Source of the DNA: Escherichia coli | Lineage (GTDB): Bacteria > Pseudomonadota > Gammaproteobacteria > Enterobacterales > Enterobacteriaceae | Reading direction: 5' to 3' (one strand) | DNA length: 64,000 nt | NCBI RefSeq assembly: GCF_013122565.1 | Contig: NZ_CP053258.1 | In this document: piece after piece, positions 26,891-39,633 of the stretch | Layout: each line of letters opens with the position of its first letter | Numbering within the stretch: position 1 is the first letter of the stretch | The notes under the pieces: generated by a model | Seen by the model: the letters and a program-made list of their open reading frames with translations, nothing else | Told to the model about the DNA's origin: nothing | Databases searched by the model: none | Program-made: the position numbers and the translations under genes

Positions 26891-27391
26891 ATGCACGAGA
26901 ATCAACAACCACAAACCGAGGCTTTTGAGCTGAGTGCGGCAGAGCGTGAAGCGATCGAGCACGAGATGCACCACTACGAAGACCCGCGTGCGGCGTCCAT
27001 TGAAGCGCTGAAAATCGTTCAGAAGCAGCGTGGCTGGGTGCCGGATGGCGCGATCCACGCGATCGCCGATGTGCTGGGTATTCCGGCAAGCGACGTCGAA
27101 GGCGTGGCAACGTTCTACAGCCAGATCTTCCGCCAGCCGGTTGGCCGCCATGTGATCCGTTATTGCGACAGCGTGGTCTGTCATATCAATGGTTACCAGG
27201 GCATCCAGGCGGCGCTCGAGAAAAAGCTGAACATCAAACCAGGGCAAACGACATTTGATGGCCGCTTTACGCTGCTGCCAACTTGCTGCCTGGGGAACTG
27301 TGATAAAGGGCCAAACATGATGATCGATGAGGACACTCACGCGCATCTGACCCCAGAAGCGATCCCTGAACTGCTGGAGCGGTATAAATGA
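26891..27391 (+). CDS. nuoE: NADH:quinone oxidoreductase subunit E (166 aa)
   Basis: 2Fe-2S ferredoxin-like cysteines; stop overlaps the nuoF start. Confidence 0.95.
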
Positions 27392-28725
27392 AAAACATTA
27401 TCCGTACTCCCGAAACGCATCCGCTGACCTGGCGTCTGCGCGATGACAAACAGCCAGTGTGGCTGGACGAATACCGCAGCAAAAATGGTTACGAAGGGGC
27501 GCGTAAGGCGCTGACTGGGCTGTCTCCGGACGAAATCGTTAATCAGGTAAAAGACGCTGGTCTGAAAGGGCGCGGCGGCGCGGGCTTTTCGACTGGCCTG
27601 AAGTGGAGCCTGATGCCGAAAGACGAATCCATGAACATCCGTTACCTGCTGTGTAACGCCGATGAAATGGAGCCGGGCACCTATAAAGACCGCCTGTTGA
27701 TGGAGCAACTGCCGCACCTGCTGGTAGAAGGTATGCTCATCTCCGCGTTTGCGCTGAAAGCTTACCGTGGCTACATCTTCCTGCGTGGCGAATATATCGA
27801 AGCGGCAGTTAATCTGCGCCGTGCCATTGCCGAAGCCACCGAAGCGGGTCTGCTTGGCAAAAACATTATGGGAACAGGTTTTGACTTCGAACTGTTCGTC
27901 CATACCGGGGCAGGGCGCTACATCTGCGGGGAAGAAACAGCGTTAATCAACTCCCTGGAAGGGCGTCGCGCTAACCCGCGCTCGAAACCCCCCTTCCCGG
28001 CAACCTCCGGCGTATGGGGCAAACCGACCTGTGTCAACAACGTCGAAACCCTGTGTAACGTTCCGGCGATCCTCGCTAACGGCGTGGAGTGGTATCAGAA
28101 CATCTCGAAAAGTAAAGATGCTGGCACCAAGCTGATGGGCTTCTCCGGTCGGGTGAAAAATCCGGGCCTGTGGGAACTGCCGTTCGGCACCACCGCACGC
28201 GAGATCCTCGAAGATTACGCCGGTGGTATGCGTGACGGTCTGAAATTCAAAGCCTGGCAGCCAGGCGGCGCGGGCACCGACTTCCTGACCGAAGCGCACC
28301 TTGATCTGCCGATGGAATTCGAAAGTATCGGTAAAGCGGGAAGCCGTCTGGGTACGGCGCTGGCGATGGCGGTTGACCATGAGATCAACATGGTGTCGCT
28401 GGTGCGTAACCTGGAAGAGTTTTTCGCCCGTGAGTCCTGCGGCTGGTGTACGCCGTGCCGCGACGGTCTGCCGTGGAGCGTGAAAATTCTGCGTGCGCTG
28501 GAGCGTGGTGAAGGTCAGCCGGGCGATATCGAAACACTTGAGCAACTGTGTCGATTCTTAGGCCCGGGTAAAACTTTCTGTGCCCACGCACCTGGTGCAG
28601 TGGAGCCGTTACAGAGCGCCATCAAATATTTCCGCGAAGAATTTGAGGCGGGAATCAAACAGCCGTTCAGCAATACCCATTTGATTAATGGGATTCAGCC
28701 GAACCTGCTGAAAGAGCGCTGGTAA
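27388..28725 (+). CDS. nuoF: NADH:quinone oxidoreductase subunit F, NADH/FMN-binding (445 aa)
   Basis: Glycine-rich [10 protein letters not shown] and C-terminal 4Fe-4S cysteines. Confidence 0.95.
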   Translation: MKNIIRTPETHPLTWRLRDDKQPVWLDEYRSKNGYEGARKALTGLSPDEIVNQVKDAGLKGRGGAGFSTGLKWSLMPKDESMNIRYLLCNADEMEPGTYKDRLLMEQLPHLLVEGMLISAFALKAYRGYIFLRGEYIEAAVNLRRAIAEATEAGLLGKNIMGTGFDFELFVHTGAGRYICGEETALINSLEGRRANPRSKPPFPATSGVWGKPTCVNNVETLCNVPAILANGVEWYQNISKSKDAGTKLMGFSGRVKNPGLWELPFGTTAREILEDYAGGMRDGLKFKAWQPGGAGTDFLTEAHLDLPMEFESIGKAGSRLGTALAMAVDHEINMVSLVRNLEEFFARESCGWCTPCRDGLPWSVKILRALERGEGQPGDIETLEQLCRFLGPGKTFCAHAPGAVEPLQSAIKYFREEFEAGIKQPFSNTHLINGIQPNLLKERW

Positions 28726-28777
28726 CCGAATTTCGATTAACGCTCAGTCTCTGACTGAGAAAACTGGAAGCATGCTA

Positions 28778-31504
28778 ATGGCTACAATTCATGTAGACGG
28801 CAAAGAATACGAGGTCAACGGAGCGGACAACCTGCTGGAAGCTTGTCTGTCTCTGGGCCTTGATATTCCTTACTTTTGCTGGCATCCGGCGCTGGGAAGC
28901 GTCGGTGCTTGCCGCCAGTGTGCGGTGAAGCAATACCAAAACGCGGAAGACACGCGTGGTCGCCTGGTGATGTCCTGTATGACACCGGCTTCCGATGGCA
29001 CCTTTATTTCCATTGACGACGAAGAAGCGAAACAGTTCCGTGAAAGTGTGGTCGAGTGGTTAATGACCAACCACCCGCACGACTGTCCGGTATGTGAAGA
29101 AGGCGGTAACTGCCATCTTCAGGATATGACCGTGATGACCGGACACAGTTTCCGTCGCTACCGTTTCACCAAACGTACCCACCGTAATCAGGATTTGGGG
29201 CCATTCATCTCTCACGAAATGAACCGCTGCATCGCCTGCTACCGCTGTGTGCGTTACTACAAAGATTACGCTGACGGTACAGATCTGGGCGTTTACGGTG
29301 CGCACGACAACGTCTACTTCGGTCGCCCGGAAGACGGCACGCTGGAAAGCGAATTTTCCGGTAACCTGGTCGAAATTTGCCCGACCGGCGTATTTACCGA
29401 CAAAACGCACTCCGAGCGTTACAACCGTAAATGGGATATGCAGTTTGCGCCGAGCATCTGCCAGCAATGTTCCATCGGCTGTAACATCAGCCCCGGTGAA
29501 CGTTACGGCGAACTGCGTCGTATCGAAAACCGTTACAACGGTACGGTAAACCACTACTTCCTCTGCGACCGTGGTCGTTTCGGTTACGGTTACGTCAACC
29601 TGAAGGATCGTCCGCGTCAGCCAGTACAGCGTCGTGGCGATGATTTCATTACCCTCAACGCCGAACAGGCAATGCAGGGCGCGGCAGATATTCTGCGTCA
29701 GTCGAAGAAAGTGATCGGTATTGGTTCTCCGCGTGCCAGCGTGGAAAGCAACTTTGCGCTGCGTGAACTGGTGGGCGAAGAAAACTTCTACACCGGTATC
29801 GCTCACGGTGAGCAGGAACGTCTGCAACTGGCGCTGAAAGTGCTGCGTGAAGGCGGCATTTATACTCCGGCTCTGCGCGAAATCGAATCTTACGATGCGG
29901 TACTGGTGCTGGGCGAAGACGTTACCCAGACCGGCGCGCGCGTCGCGCTGGCAGTGCGTCAGGCGGTGAAAGGTAAAGCGCGCGAAATGGCGGCAGCACA
30001 GAAAGTGGCTGACTGGCAGATTGCGGCAATCCTCAACATCGGTCAACGTGCGAAGCATCCGCTGTTTGTTACCAACGTTGATGACACCCGTCTGGATGAT
30101 ATTGCGGCGTGGACTTACCGTGCACCGGTTGAAGATCAGGCGCGTTTAGGTTTTGCCATCGCCCATGCGCTGGATAACTCTGCGCCAGCGGTTGACGGTA
30201 TCGAACCTGAGCTGCAAAGCAAAATCGATGTCATCGTGCAGGCACTGGCTGGTGCGAAGAAACCGTTGATTATCTCCGGGACGAACGCCGGTAGCTTAGA
30301 GGTGATTCAGGCGGCGGCTAACGTCGCGAAAGCCCTGAAAGGTCGCGGCGCTGACGTTGGTATCACTATGATTGCTCGCTCTGTAAACAGCATGGGGCTG
30401 GGCATTATGGGGGGCGGTTCGCTTGAAGAAGCGTTGACCGAACTGGAAACCGGACGCGCCGACGCGGTGGTGGTGCTGGAAAACGATCTGCATCGTCACG
30501 CTTCCGCTACCCGCGTGAATGCTGCGCTGGCTAAAGCGCCGCTGGTGATGGTGGTTGATCATCAACGTACAGCGATCATGGAAAACGCCCATCTGGTACT
30601 TTCTGCTGCCAGCTTTGCTGAAAGCGACGGTACGGTGATCAACAACGAAGGCCGCGCCCAACGTTTCTTCCAGGTTTACGATCCGGCTTATTACGACAGC
30701 AAAACTGTCATGCTGGAAAGCTGGCGCTGGTTACACTCGCTGCACAGCACTCTGCTGAGCCGTGAAGTGGACTGGACGCAGCTCGACCATGTAATTGACG
30801 CTGTTGTGGCGAAAATCCCGGAACTGGCGGGTATCAAAGATGCTGCGCCGGATGCGACATTCCGTATTCGTGGGCAGAAACTGGCCCGTGAACCGCACCG
30901 TTACAGCGGTCGTACCGCCATGCGCGCCAATATCAGCGTTCATGAGCCGCGTCAGCCGCAGGATATTGACACCATGTTCACCTTCTCGATGGAAGGTAAC
31001 AACCAGCCGACCGCACACCGTTCGCAAGTGCCGTTTGCCTGGGCACCGGGCTGGAACTCCCCGCAGGCGTGGAACAAATTCCAGGACGAAGTGGGCGGCA
31101 AACTGCGCTTTGGCGATCCGGGCGTGCGTCTGTTTGAAACCAGCGAGAATGGTCTGGATTACTTCACCAGCGTACCGGCACGCTTCCAGCCGCAGGACGG
31201 GAAATGGCGTATTGCGCCGTATTACCACCTGTTTGGCAGCGATGAATTGTCACAGCGTGCTCCGGTCTTCCAGAGCCGTATGCCGCAGCCGTACATCAAA
31301 CTCAACCCAGCGGATGCCGCGAAGTTGGGTGTAAACGCAGGTACACGCGTCTCCTTTAGTTACGATGGCAACACGGTCACGCTGCCGGTTGAAATCGCCG
31401 AAGGGCTGACGGCAGGGCAGGTGGGCTTGCCGATGGGTATGTCCGGCATTGCTCCGGTGCTGGCTGGCGCGCATCTTGAGGATCTCAAGGAGGCACAACA
31501 ATGA
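28778..31504 (+). CDS. nuoG: NADH:quinone oxidoreductase subunit G (908 aa)
   Basis: Start taken at the ATG 7 nt after a GGAAG Shine-Dalgarno (MATIHVDGK...); the track ORF begins 6 nt earlier. Confidence 0.95.
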
Positions 31505-32478
31505 GTTGGATATCACCGGAACTGATTGAGATCCTGCTGACCATCCTCAAAGCGGTGGTGATCCTGCTGGTGGTTGTCACCTGCGGGGCATTCATGAGCT
31601 TTGGCGAACGTCGCCTGCTGGGTCTGTTCCAGAACCGTTACGGACCTAACCGTGTTGGCTGGGGCGGTTCGCTCCAGTTGGTTGCGGATATGATCAAAAT
31701 GTTCTTTAAAGAAGACTGGATCCCGAAATTCTCGGATCGCGTCATCTTTACCTTGGCACCGATGATTGCCTTTACCTCGCTGCTGCTGGCCTTTGCGATT
31801 GTGCCAGTCAGTCCGGGTTGGGTGGTTGCCGACCTGAACATCGGGATTTTGTTCTTCCTGATGATGGCCGGTCTGGCGGTTTACGCGGTGCTGTTTGCGG
31901 GCTGGTCAAGTAACAACAAATACTCGCTGCTGGGTGCGATGCGTGCTTCTGCGCAGACTCTGAGCTACGAAGTGTTCCTCGGGCTTTCCCTGATGGGCGT
32001 GGTGGCGCAGGCCGGTTCATTCAACATGACCGACATCGTCAACAGCCAGGCGCATGTGTGGAACGTCATCCCGCAATTCTTTGGTTTTATTACCTTTGCC
32101 ATCGCGGGCGTGGCGGTGTGTCACCGTCACCCGTTTGACCAGCCGGAAGCCGAGCAGGAACTGGCGGATGGTTACCACATTGAATATTCCGGCATGAAGT
32201 TCGGTCTGTTCTTCGTGGGCGAATACATCGGGATTGTGACCATCTCTGCACTGATGGTGACGCTGTTCTTCGGTGGCTGGCAAGGCCCGTTGTTACCGCC
32301 ATTCATCTGGTTCGCGCTGAAAACCGCGTTCTTTATGATGATGTTCATTTTGATTCGTGCGTCGTTACCGCGTCCGCGTTATGACCAGGTAATGTCCTTC
32401 GGCTGGAAAATCTGCCTGCCGCTGACGCTGATCAACTTGCTGGTAACGGCGGCTGTCATTCTCTGGCAGGCGCAATAA
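31501..32478 (+). CDS. nuoH: NADH:quinone oxidoreductase subunit H (325 aa)
   Basis: Polytopic membrane subunit; start overlaps the nuoG stop. Confidence 0.95.
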
Positions 32479-32492
32479 GGGGCAATAAGACC

Positions 32493-33035
32493 ATGACCTT
32501 AAAAGAATTGTTAGTAGGTTTCGGCACCCAGGTTCGTAGTATCTGGATGATCGGCCTGCACGCGTTCGCCAAACGCGAAACGCGAATGTACCCGGAAGAG
32601 CCGGTCTATCTGCCGCCCCGTTATCGTGGTCGTATCGTTCTGACCCGCGACCCGGACGGCGAAGAGCGTTGCGTAGCCTGTAACCTCTGTGCGGTAGCCT
32701 GCCCGGTCGGCTGTATCTCGCTGCAAAAAGCAGAAACCAAAGACGGTCGCTGGTATCCGGAATTTTTCCGCATCAACTTCTCACGCTGCATTTTCTGTGG
32801 TTTGTGCGAAGAAGCCTGTCCGACCACGGCGATTCAGTTAACCCCGGATTTCGAAATGGGGGAATACAAGCGCCAGGATCTGGTTTACGAGAAAGAGGAT
32901 CTGCTGATCTCCGGTCCGGGCAAATACCCGGAGTATAACTTCTACCGGATGGCAGGTATGGCAATCGACGGCAAAGATAAGGGCGAAGCAGAGAACGAAG
33001 CCAAGCCTATCGACGTCAAGAGCCTGTTACCGTAA
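32493..33035 (+). CDS. nuoI: NADH:quinone oxidoreductase subunit I (180 aa)
   Basis: Two 4Fe-4S ferredoxin motifs CxxCxxCxxxCP. Confidence 0.95.
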
Positions 33036-33046
33036 GGAGAGGGGCA

Positions 33047-33601
33047 ATGGAGTTCGCTTTTTATATCTGTGGCCTGATAGCCATACTTGCGACCTTGCGA
33101 GTGATCACCCATACCAATCCGGTACACGCACTGCTGTACCTGATTATTTCGCTGCTGGCGATTTCCGGGGTGTTCTTCTCACTAGGCGCTTACTTCGCCG
33201 GTGCGCTGGAAATTATCGTCTACGCGGGTGCCATTATGGTGCTGTTCGTGTTCGTGGTGATGATGCTCAACCTGGGCGGTTCAGAAATCGAACAGGAACG
33301 CCAGTGGCTGAAACCGCAGGTGTGGATTGGTCCGGCAATTTTGTCGGCCATCATGCTGGTGGTGATTGTTTACGCCATCCTCGGTGTTAACGATCAGGGT
33401 ATCGACGGTACGCCAATCAGTGCTAAAGCAGTGGGTATTACGCTGTTCGGGCCTTACGTACTGGCGGTGGAACTGGCTTCTATGCTGCTGCTCGCGGGTC
33501 TGGTTGTGGCCTTCCACGTCGGTCGTGAAGAGCGTGCGGGTGAAGTGCTGAGCAATCGTAAAGACGACAGCGCGAAAAGAAAAACGGAGGAGCACGCATG
33601 A
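33047..33601 (+). CDS. nuoJ: NADH:quinone oxidoreductase subunit J (184 aa)
   Basis: Membrane subunit; operon position. Confidence 0.95.
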
Positions 33602-33900
33602 TCCCCTTACAACATGGACTGATCCTCGCGGCAATCTTATTCGTTCTTGGCTTAACCGGTCTGGTTATCCGTCGCAATCTGCTGTTTATGCTGATTGGTC
33701 TGGAAATCATGATTAACGCCTCCGCACTGGCCTTTGTGGTCGCCGGAAGCTACTGGGGTCAGACCGACGGTCAGGTGATGTACATTCTCGCCATCAGCCT
33801 CGCGGCGGCAGAAGCGAGTATCGGCCTTGCGCTGCTGCTGCAACTTCACCGTCGTCGCCAGAACCTGAACATCGATTCAGTAAGTGAGATGCGCGGATGA
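33598..33900 (+). CDS. nuoK: NADH:quinone oxidoreductase subunit K (100 aa)
   Basis: Small membrane subunit; overlaps both neighbours (ATGA junctions). Confidence 0.95.
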
Positions 33901-35738
33901 ACATGCTTGCCTTAACCATTATTTTGCCATTGATTGGCTTCGTCCTGCTGGCATTCTCCCGTGGGCGCTGGTCTGAAAACGTCTCGGCGATCGTCGGCGT
34001 AGGCTCTGTGGGCCTGGCGGCGCTGGTAACCGCCTTTATTGGCGTCGACTTCTTCGCTAACGGCGAGCAGGCTTACAGCCAGCCGCTGTGGACGTGGATG
34101 TCAGTAGGCGACTTTAACATCGGTTTTAACCTGGTGCTGGACGGCCTGTCGCTGACCATGCTCTCGGTGGTCACTGGTGTGGGTTTCCTGATCCACATGT
34201 ACGCCTCCTGGTACATGCGCGGTGAAGAGGGCTACTCTCGCTTCTTCGCCTACACCAACCTGTTCATCGCCAGCATGGTAGTTCTGGTGCTTGCCGACAA
34301 CCTGCTGCTGATGTACCTCGGCTGGGAAGGCGTGGGCCTGTGCTCCTATCTGCTGATCGGTTTCTATTACACCGATCCGAAGAATGGCGCAGCGGCAATG
34401 AAAGCGTTCGTCGTGACCCGTGTGGGTGACGTTTTCCTCGCTTTCGCACTGTTCATTCTTTACAACGAACTGGGCACCCTGAACTTCCGCGAAATGGTGG
34501 AACTGGCACCAGCGCACTTTGCTGACGGCAATAACATGCTGATGTGGGCGACGCTGATGCTGCTGGGCGGTGCGGTCGGTAAATCTGCGCAGTTGCCGTT
34601 GCAGACATGGCTTGCCGACGCGATGGCGGGCCCGACGCCTGTCTCCGCGCTGATCCACGCCGCAACGATGGTAACCGCGGGTGTCTACCTGATCGCCCGT
34701 ACCCACGGCCTGTTCCTGATGACGCCGGAAGTTCTGCATCTGGTGGGTATTGTCGGGGCGGTTACGCTGCTGCTGGCCGGTTTTGCCGCGCTGGTACAGA
34801 CCGACATCAAACGTGTTCTCGCTTACTCTACCATGAGCCAGATTGGCTACATGTTCCTCGCGCTTGGCGTGCAGGCATGGGATGCGGCGATTTTCCACTT
34901 GATGACTCACGCGTTCTTTAAAGCGCTGCTGTTCCTGGCATCCGGTTCCGTCATTCTGGCCTGCCATCACGAACAGAACATCTTCAAGATGGGCGGTCTG
35001 CGTAAATCTATTCCGCTGGTTTATCTCTGCTTCCTGGTGGGCGGCGCAGCCCTGTCGGCACTGCCGCTGGTCACTGCGGGCTTCTTCAGTAAGGATGAGA
35101 TCCTCGCGGGTGCGATGGCGAATGGTCATATCAATCTGATGGTGGCAGGTCTGGTCGGTGCGTTTATGACCTCGCTCTACACCTTCCGTATGATTTTCAT
35201 CGTCTTCCACGGAAAAGAACAAATTCACGCTCACGCCGTGAAAGGGATCACCCACAGCCTGCCGCTGATTGTGCTGCTGATCCTTTCCACCTTCGTTGGC
35301 GCACTGATTGTACCGCCGCTGCAGGGCGTGCTTCCGCAAACGACAGAGCTGGCGCACGGCAGCATGTTGACCCTGGAAATTACCTCTGGCGTGGTCGCGG
35401 TGGTCGGCATTCTGCTGGCTGCCTGGCTGTGGCTGGGTAAACGTACTCTGGTGACCTCCATCGCCAACAGTGCGCCGGGCCGTCTGCTGGGCACCTGGTG
35501 GTACAACGCCTGGGGCTTTGACTGGCTGTACGACAAAGTGTTCGTCAAGCCGTTCCTGGGTATTGCCTGGTTGCTGAAACGCGATCCGCTGAACTCAATG
35601 ATGAACATCCCGGCTGTCCTTTCCCGCTTTGCAGGTAAAGGTCTGCTGTTAAGCGAGAACGGCTATCTGCGCTGGTATGTGGCATCCATGAGCATCGGTG
35701 CGGTCGTGGTGCTGGCACTGTTGATGGTACTGCGTTGA
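33897..35738 (+). CDS. nuoL: NADH:quinone oxidoreductase subunit L (613 aa)
   Basis: Antiporter-like membrane subunit. Confidence 0.95.
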
Positions 35739-35968
35739 GTTGTTGGCTGAGTGAATATACCCGGCGTTGCGCCGGGTCTGTGAACTAAGAATAAATTTTA
35801 GGTAACTGTTCCTGAAGTACAGGTGTCATCGGCGAAGTCAGACCGGATACCGCCAGCGCACAGCAACCGGAGCGTACTTAAGTACGTGAGGATTGCGAGC
35901 ACTGCCGGGATTCGGGCTGGCGAGTGAGATAGCCTGAGCAGGAGTAAATATAAGGGACATACTTAGCT

Positions 35969-37498
35969 ATGTTATTACCCTGGTTAATACTAATCCCCTT
36001 TATCGGCGGCTTCCTGTGCTGGCAGACCGAACGCTTTGGCGTCAAGGTGCCGCGCTGGATCGCGCTGATCACCATGGGATTGACGCTGGCGCTGTCGCTG
36101 CAACTGTGGTTGCAGGGCGGTTATTCACTGACGCAATCCGCCGGAATTCCGCAGTGGCAGTCTGAATTCGACATGCCGTGGATCCCGCGTTTTGGTATCT
36201 CTATCCATCTCGCCATTGACGGGCTGTCGCTGCTGATGGTCGTGCTGACCGGTCTGCTCGGTGTGCTGGCGGTACTCTGTTCGTGGAAAGAGATCGAAAA
36301 ATATCAGGGCTTCTTCCACCTCAACCTGATGTGGATCCTGGGCGGCGTTATCGGCGTGTTCCTTGCCATCGACATGTTCCTGTTCTTCTTCTTCTGGGAA
36401 ATGATGCTGGTGCCGATGTACTTCCTGATCGCACTGTGGGGGCATAAAGCCTCTGACGGTAAAACGCGTATCACGGCGGCAACCAAGTTCTTCATTTACA
36501 CCCAGGCGAGTGGTCTGGTGATGTTGATCGCCATCCTGGCGCTGGTTTTTGTTCACTACAATGCGACCGGCGTCTGGACCTTCAACTATGAAGAGCTGCT
36601 GAATACGCCAATGTCCAGTGGTGTGGAATATCTGTTGATGCTGGGCTTCTTCATCGCATTTGCGGTGAAAATGCCGGTGGTTCCGCTGCATGGCTGGCTG
36701 CCGGATGCGCACTCACAGGCTCCGACTGCCGGTTCCGTTGACCTCGCGGGGATCTTGCTGAAAACCGCCGCTTACGGTCTGCTGCGTTTCTCCCTACCGC
36801 TGTTCCCGAACGCGTCGGCAGAGTTCGCGCCAATCGCTATGTGGCTGGGTGTTATCGGCATCTTCTACGGTGCGTGGATGGCCTTCGCCCAGACCGATAT
36901 CAAACGTCTGATCGCCTACACCTCGGTTTCCCACATGGGCTTCGTGCTGATAGCTATCTACACCGGCAGCCAGTTGGCCTACCAGGGCGCGGTAATTCAG
37001 ATGATTGCGCACGGCTTGTCGGCGGCGGGTCTGTTTATTCTTTGTGGTCAGCTTTATGAACGTATCCATACCCGCGACATGCGCATGATGGGCGGTCTGT
37101 GGAGCAAGATGAAATGGCTGCCAGCACTGTCGCTGTTCTTTGCGGTGGCAACGCTTGGGATGCCTGGCACCGGTAACTTCGTCGGCGAATTTATGATTCT
37201 GTTCGGCAGCTTCCAGGTTGTCCCGGTGATTACCGTTATCTCTACCTTTGGGCTGGTCTTTGCCTCTGTTTATTCGCTGGCGATGTTGCATCGTGCTTAC
37301 TTCGGTAAAGCGAAAAGCCAGATTGCCAGCCAGGAACTGCCTGGGATGTCGCTGCGTGAGCTGTTTATGATCCTGTTGCTGGTGGTGCTGCTGGTACTGC
37401 TGGGCTTCTATCCGCAGCCGATTCTGGATACCTCGCACTCCGCGATTGGCAATATCCAGCAGTGGTTTGTTAATTCCGTTACTACTACAAGGCCGTAA
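35969..37498 (+). CDS. nuoM: NADH:quinone oxidoreductase subunit M (509 aa)
   Basis: Antiporter-like membrane subunit; preceded by a 230-bp intergenic gap. Confidence 0.95.
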   Translation: MLLPWLILIPFIGGFLCWQTERFGVKVPRWIALITMGLTLALSLQLWLQGGYSLTQSAGIPQWQSEFDMPWIPRFGISIHLAIDGLSLLMVVLTGLLGVLAVLCSWKEIEKYQGFFHLNLMWILGGVIGVFLAIDMFLFFFFWEMMLVPMYFLIALWGHKASDGKTRITAATKFFIYTQASGLVMLIAILALVFVHYNATGVWTFNYEELLNTPMSSGVEYLLMLGFFIAFAVKMPVVPLHGWLPDAHSQAPTAGSVDLAGILLKTAAYGLLRFSLPLFPNASAEFAPIAMWLGVIGIFYGAWMAFAQTDIKRLIAYTSVSHMGFVLIAIYTGSQLAYQGAVIQMIAHGLSAAGLFILCGQLYERIHTRDMRMMGGLWSKMKWLPALSLFFAVATLGMPGTGNFVGEFMILFGSFQVVPVITVISTFGLVFASVYSLAMLHRAYFGKAKSQIASQELPGMSLRELFMILLLVVLLVLLGFYPQPILDTSHSAIGNIQQWFVNSVTTTRP

Positions 37499-37504
37499 AT
37501 CGCC

Positions 37505-38962
37505 ATGACAATAACTCCACAAAACCTGATCGCACTGCTACCGTTGCTGATCGTCGGCTTGACGGTGGTGGTTGTGATGCTCTCCATTGCGTGGCGACGC
37601 AATCATTTCCTCAACGCTACGCTCTCGGTTATTGGGCTTAACGCGGCGCTGGTTTCGCTCTGGTTTGTTGGCCAGGCGGGCGCTATGGACGTTACGCCGC
37701 TGATGCGCGTTGATGGTTTCGCCATGCTTTACACCGGGCTGGTATTGTTGGCGAGCCTCGCCACCTGTACTTTCGCCTACCCGTGGCTTGAAGGCTATAA
37801 CGACAACAAGGATGAGTTCTACCTGTTGGTGTTAATTGCCGCGCTGGGCGGGATCCTGCTGGCGAATGCCAACCATCTGGCGTCTCTGTTCCTCGGTATC
37901 GAACTGATCTCTTTGCCGCTGTTTGGCCTGGTCGGTTACGCTTTCCGCCAGAAACGTTCGCTGGAAGCCAGTATCAAATACACTATCCTTTCTGCCGCAG
38001 CGTCTTCTTTCCTGCTGTTCGGTATGGCGCTGGTGTATGCGCAGTCTGGCGACCTGTCGTTTGTCGCGCTGGGTAAAAACCTCGGCGACGGTATGCTCAA
38101 CGAGCCGCTGTTGCTGGCAGGTTTCGGCCTGATGATTGTTGGCCTTGGCTTCAAACTCTCTCTGGTGCCGTTCCACCTGTGGACGCCAGACGTATACCAG
38201 GGCGCGCCTGCGCCGGTTTCCACTTTCCTGGCGACGGCGAGCAAAATCGCTATCTTCGGCGTGGTGATGCGTCTGTTCCTTTACGCTCCGGTGGGTGACA
38301 GTGAAGCGATTCGCGTGGTGCTGGCGATTATCGCCTTTGCCTCTATCATCTTCGGTAACCTGATGGCACTGAGCCAGACCAACATCAAACGTCTGCTCGG
38401 TTACTCATCTATCTCTCACCTCGGCTATCTGCTGGTGGCGCTGATTGCGCTGCAAACGGGCGAGATGTCGATGGAAGCGGTAGGAGTTTACCTGGCCGGT
38501 TATCTGTTCAGCAGCCTCGGCGCGTTCGGCGTGGTCAGCCTGATGTCCAGCCCGTATCGTGGCCCGGATGCTGATTCCCTGTTCTCTTACCGCGGTCTGT
38601 TCTGGCATCGCCCGATCCTCGCGGCGGTGATGACGGTGATGATGCTGTCTCTGGCCGGTATCCCGATGACGCTGGGCTTTATCGGTAAGTTCTACGTGCT
38701 GGCGGTCGGTGTCCAGGCACACTTGTGGTGGCTGGTGGGTGCCGTGGTTGTCGGTTCGGCAATCGGCCTCTACTACTACCTGCGCGTGGCGGTGAGCCTG
38801 TATCTTCACGCCCCGGAACAACCGGGTCGCGATGCACCGTCAAACTGGCAGTACAGCGCGGGCGGTATCGTGGTGCTGATTTCTGCACTGTTGGTACTGG
38901 TGCTGGGTGTATGGCCACAACCGCTGATTAGTATTGTGCGTTTGGCAATGCCGCTGATGTAA
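37505..38962 (+). CDS. nuoN: NADH:quinone oxidoreductase subunit N (485 aa)
   Basis: Antiporter-like membrane subunit; last gene of the operon, followed by an intrinsic terminator. Confidence 0.95.
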
Positions 38963-38985
38963 TCTGTTAGTTTGTAAGTCAGAAA

Positions 38986-39012
38986 GCCGCCGACATGTTC
39001 GGCGGTTTTTTT
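38986..39012 (+). terminator. Rho-independent terminator of the nuo operon
   Basis: Hairpin CCGCCGA-CATGT-TCGGCGG followed by seven T, directly after the nuoN stop. Confidence 0.75.
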
Positions 39013-39027
39013 GGTGCCCTGACACCA

Positions 39028-39531
39028 TCACCCAACAATAACCGTCAGCGCATGATTCCCTTGTTGCAGCATACGTCTGTACGCACTAATCAGCTTTTCC
39101 ATATCGAGCATAATCGAGGCAAAGAGTTGCCCCTCTAACTCTTCTGAAAAGGTCACTCCCGGATAAATCTCCATTTCATTGAGTCGCTTAATGGAAAACT
39201 GTTTACGCAGCACATTCCGGTCAAGTGCCTCCAGACGGTCGATGGTGGCGGCTAACTCCTGATTCCATGTCAATCCCAGGAAACCATCTATGCCATCTTC
39301 GAGGCTGTGTTCACCAAGCACGGCACGACTCAGCGGATCATTCTTCGCGGGATCAAAAGCAGAGGTGCCTGTCAGCCCAAAGTGTAAAAAATCCCAGCGT
39401 TTATCAATATCCAGTCGGCGTAATCCTGAAAGCGTGTCATGTATATTATCCATCAAAGGTTTTTCAGTAGACTCAAGCAGTTGATTAATCTTTTCTGAGT
39501 CAATTTCTGCAAAATAGCCAATCATTCCCAT
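39028..39531 (-). CDS. yfbM: Uncharacterized protein YfbM (167 aa)
   Basis: Recognised as YfbM; convergent with nuoN. Confidence 0.8.
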   Translation of the reverse strand: MGMIGYFAEIDSEKINQLLESTEKPLMDNIHDTLSGLRRLDIDKRWDFLHFGLTGTSAFDPAKNDPLSRAVLGEHSLEDGIDGFLGLTWNQELAATIDRLEALDRNVLRKQFSIKRLNEMEIYPGVTFSEELEGQLFASIMLDMEKLISAYRRMLQQGNHALTVIVG

Positions 39532-39633
39532 TTATTTTTCCTCCGTTGAATTTCATGTTTCACATCTTAAAACAGACGAGGGAAAATAAAATGTGCATGT
39601 TGCTTTTTCTGGACCCGCCTCGAGAAATTTTTA

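Noticed and set aside
29060-30058. 332-aa minus-strand ORF inside nuoG
   Set aside because: Antisense shadow ORF within a recognised operon gene.
34101-35357. 418-aa minus-strand ORF inside nuoL
   Set aside because: Antisense shadow ORF; the translation is dominated by Arg/His/Gln with no domain-like features.
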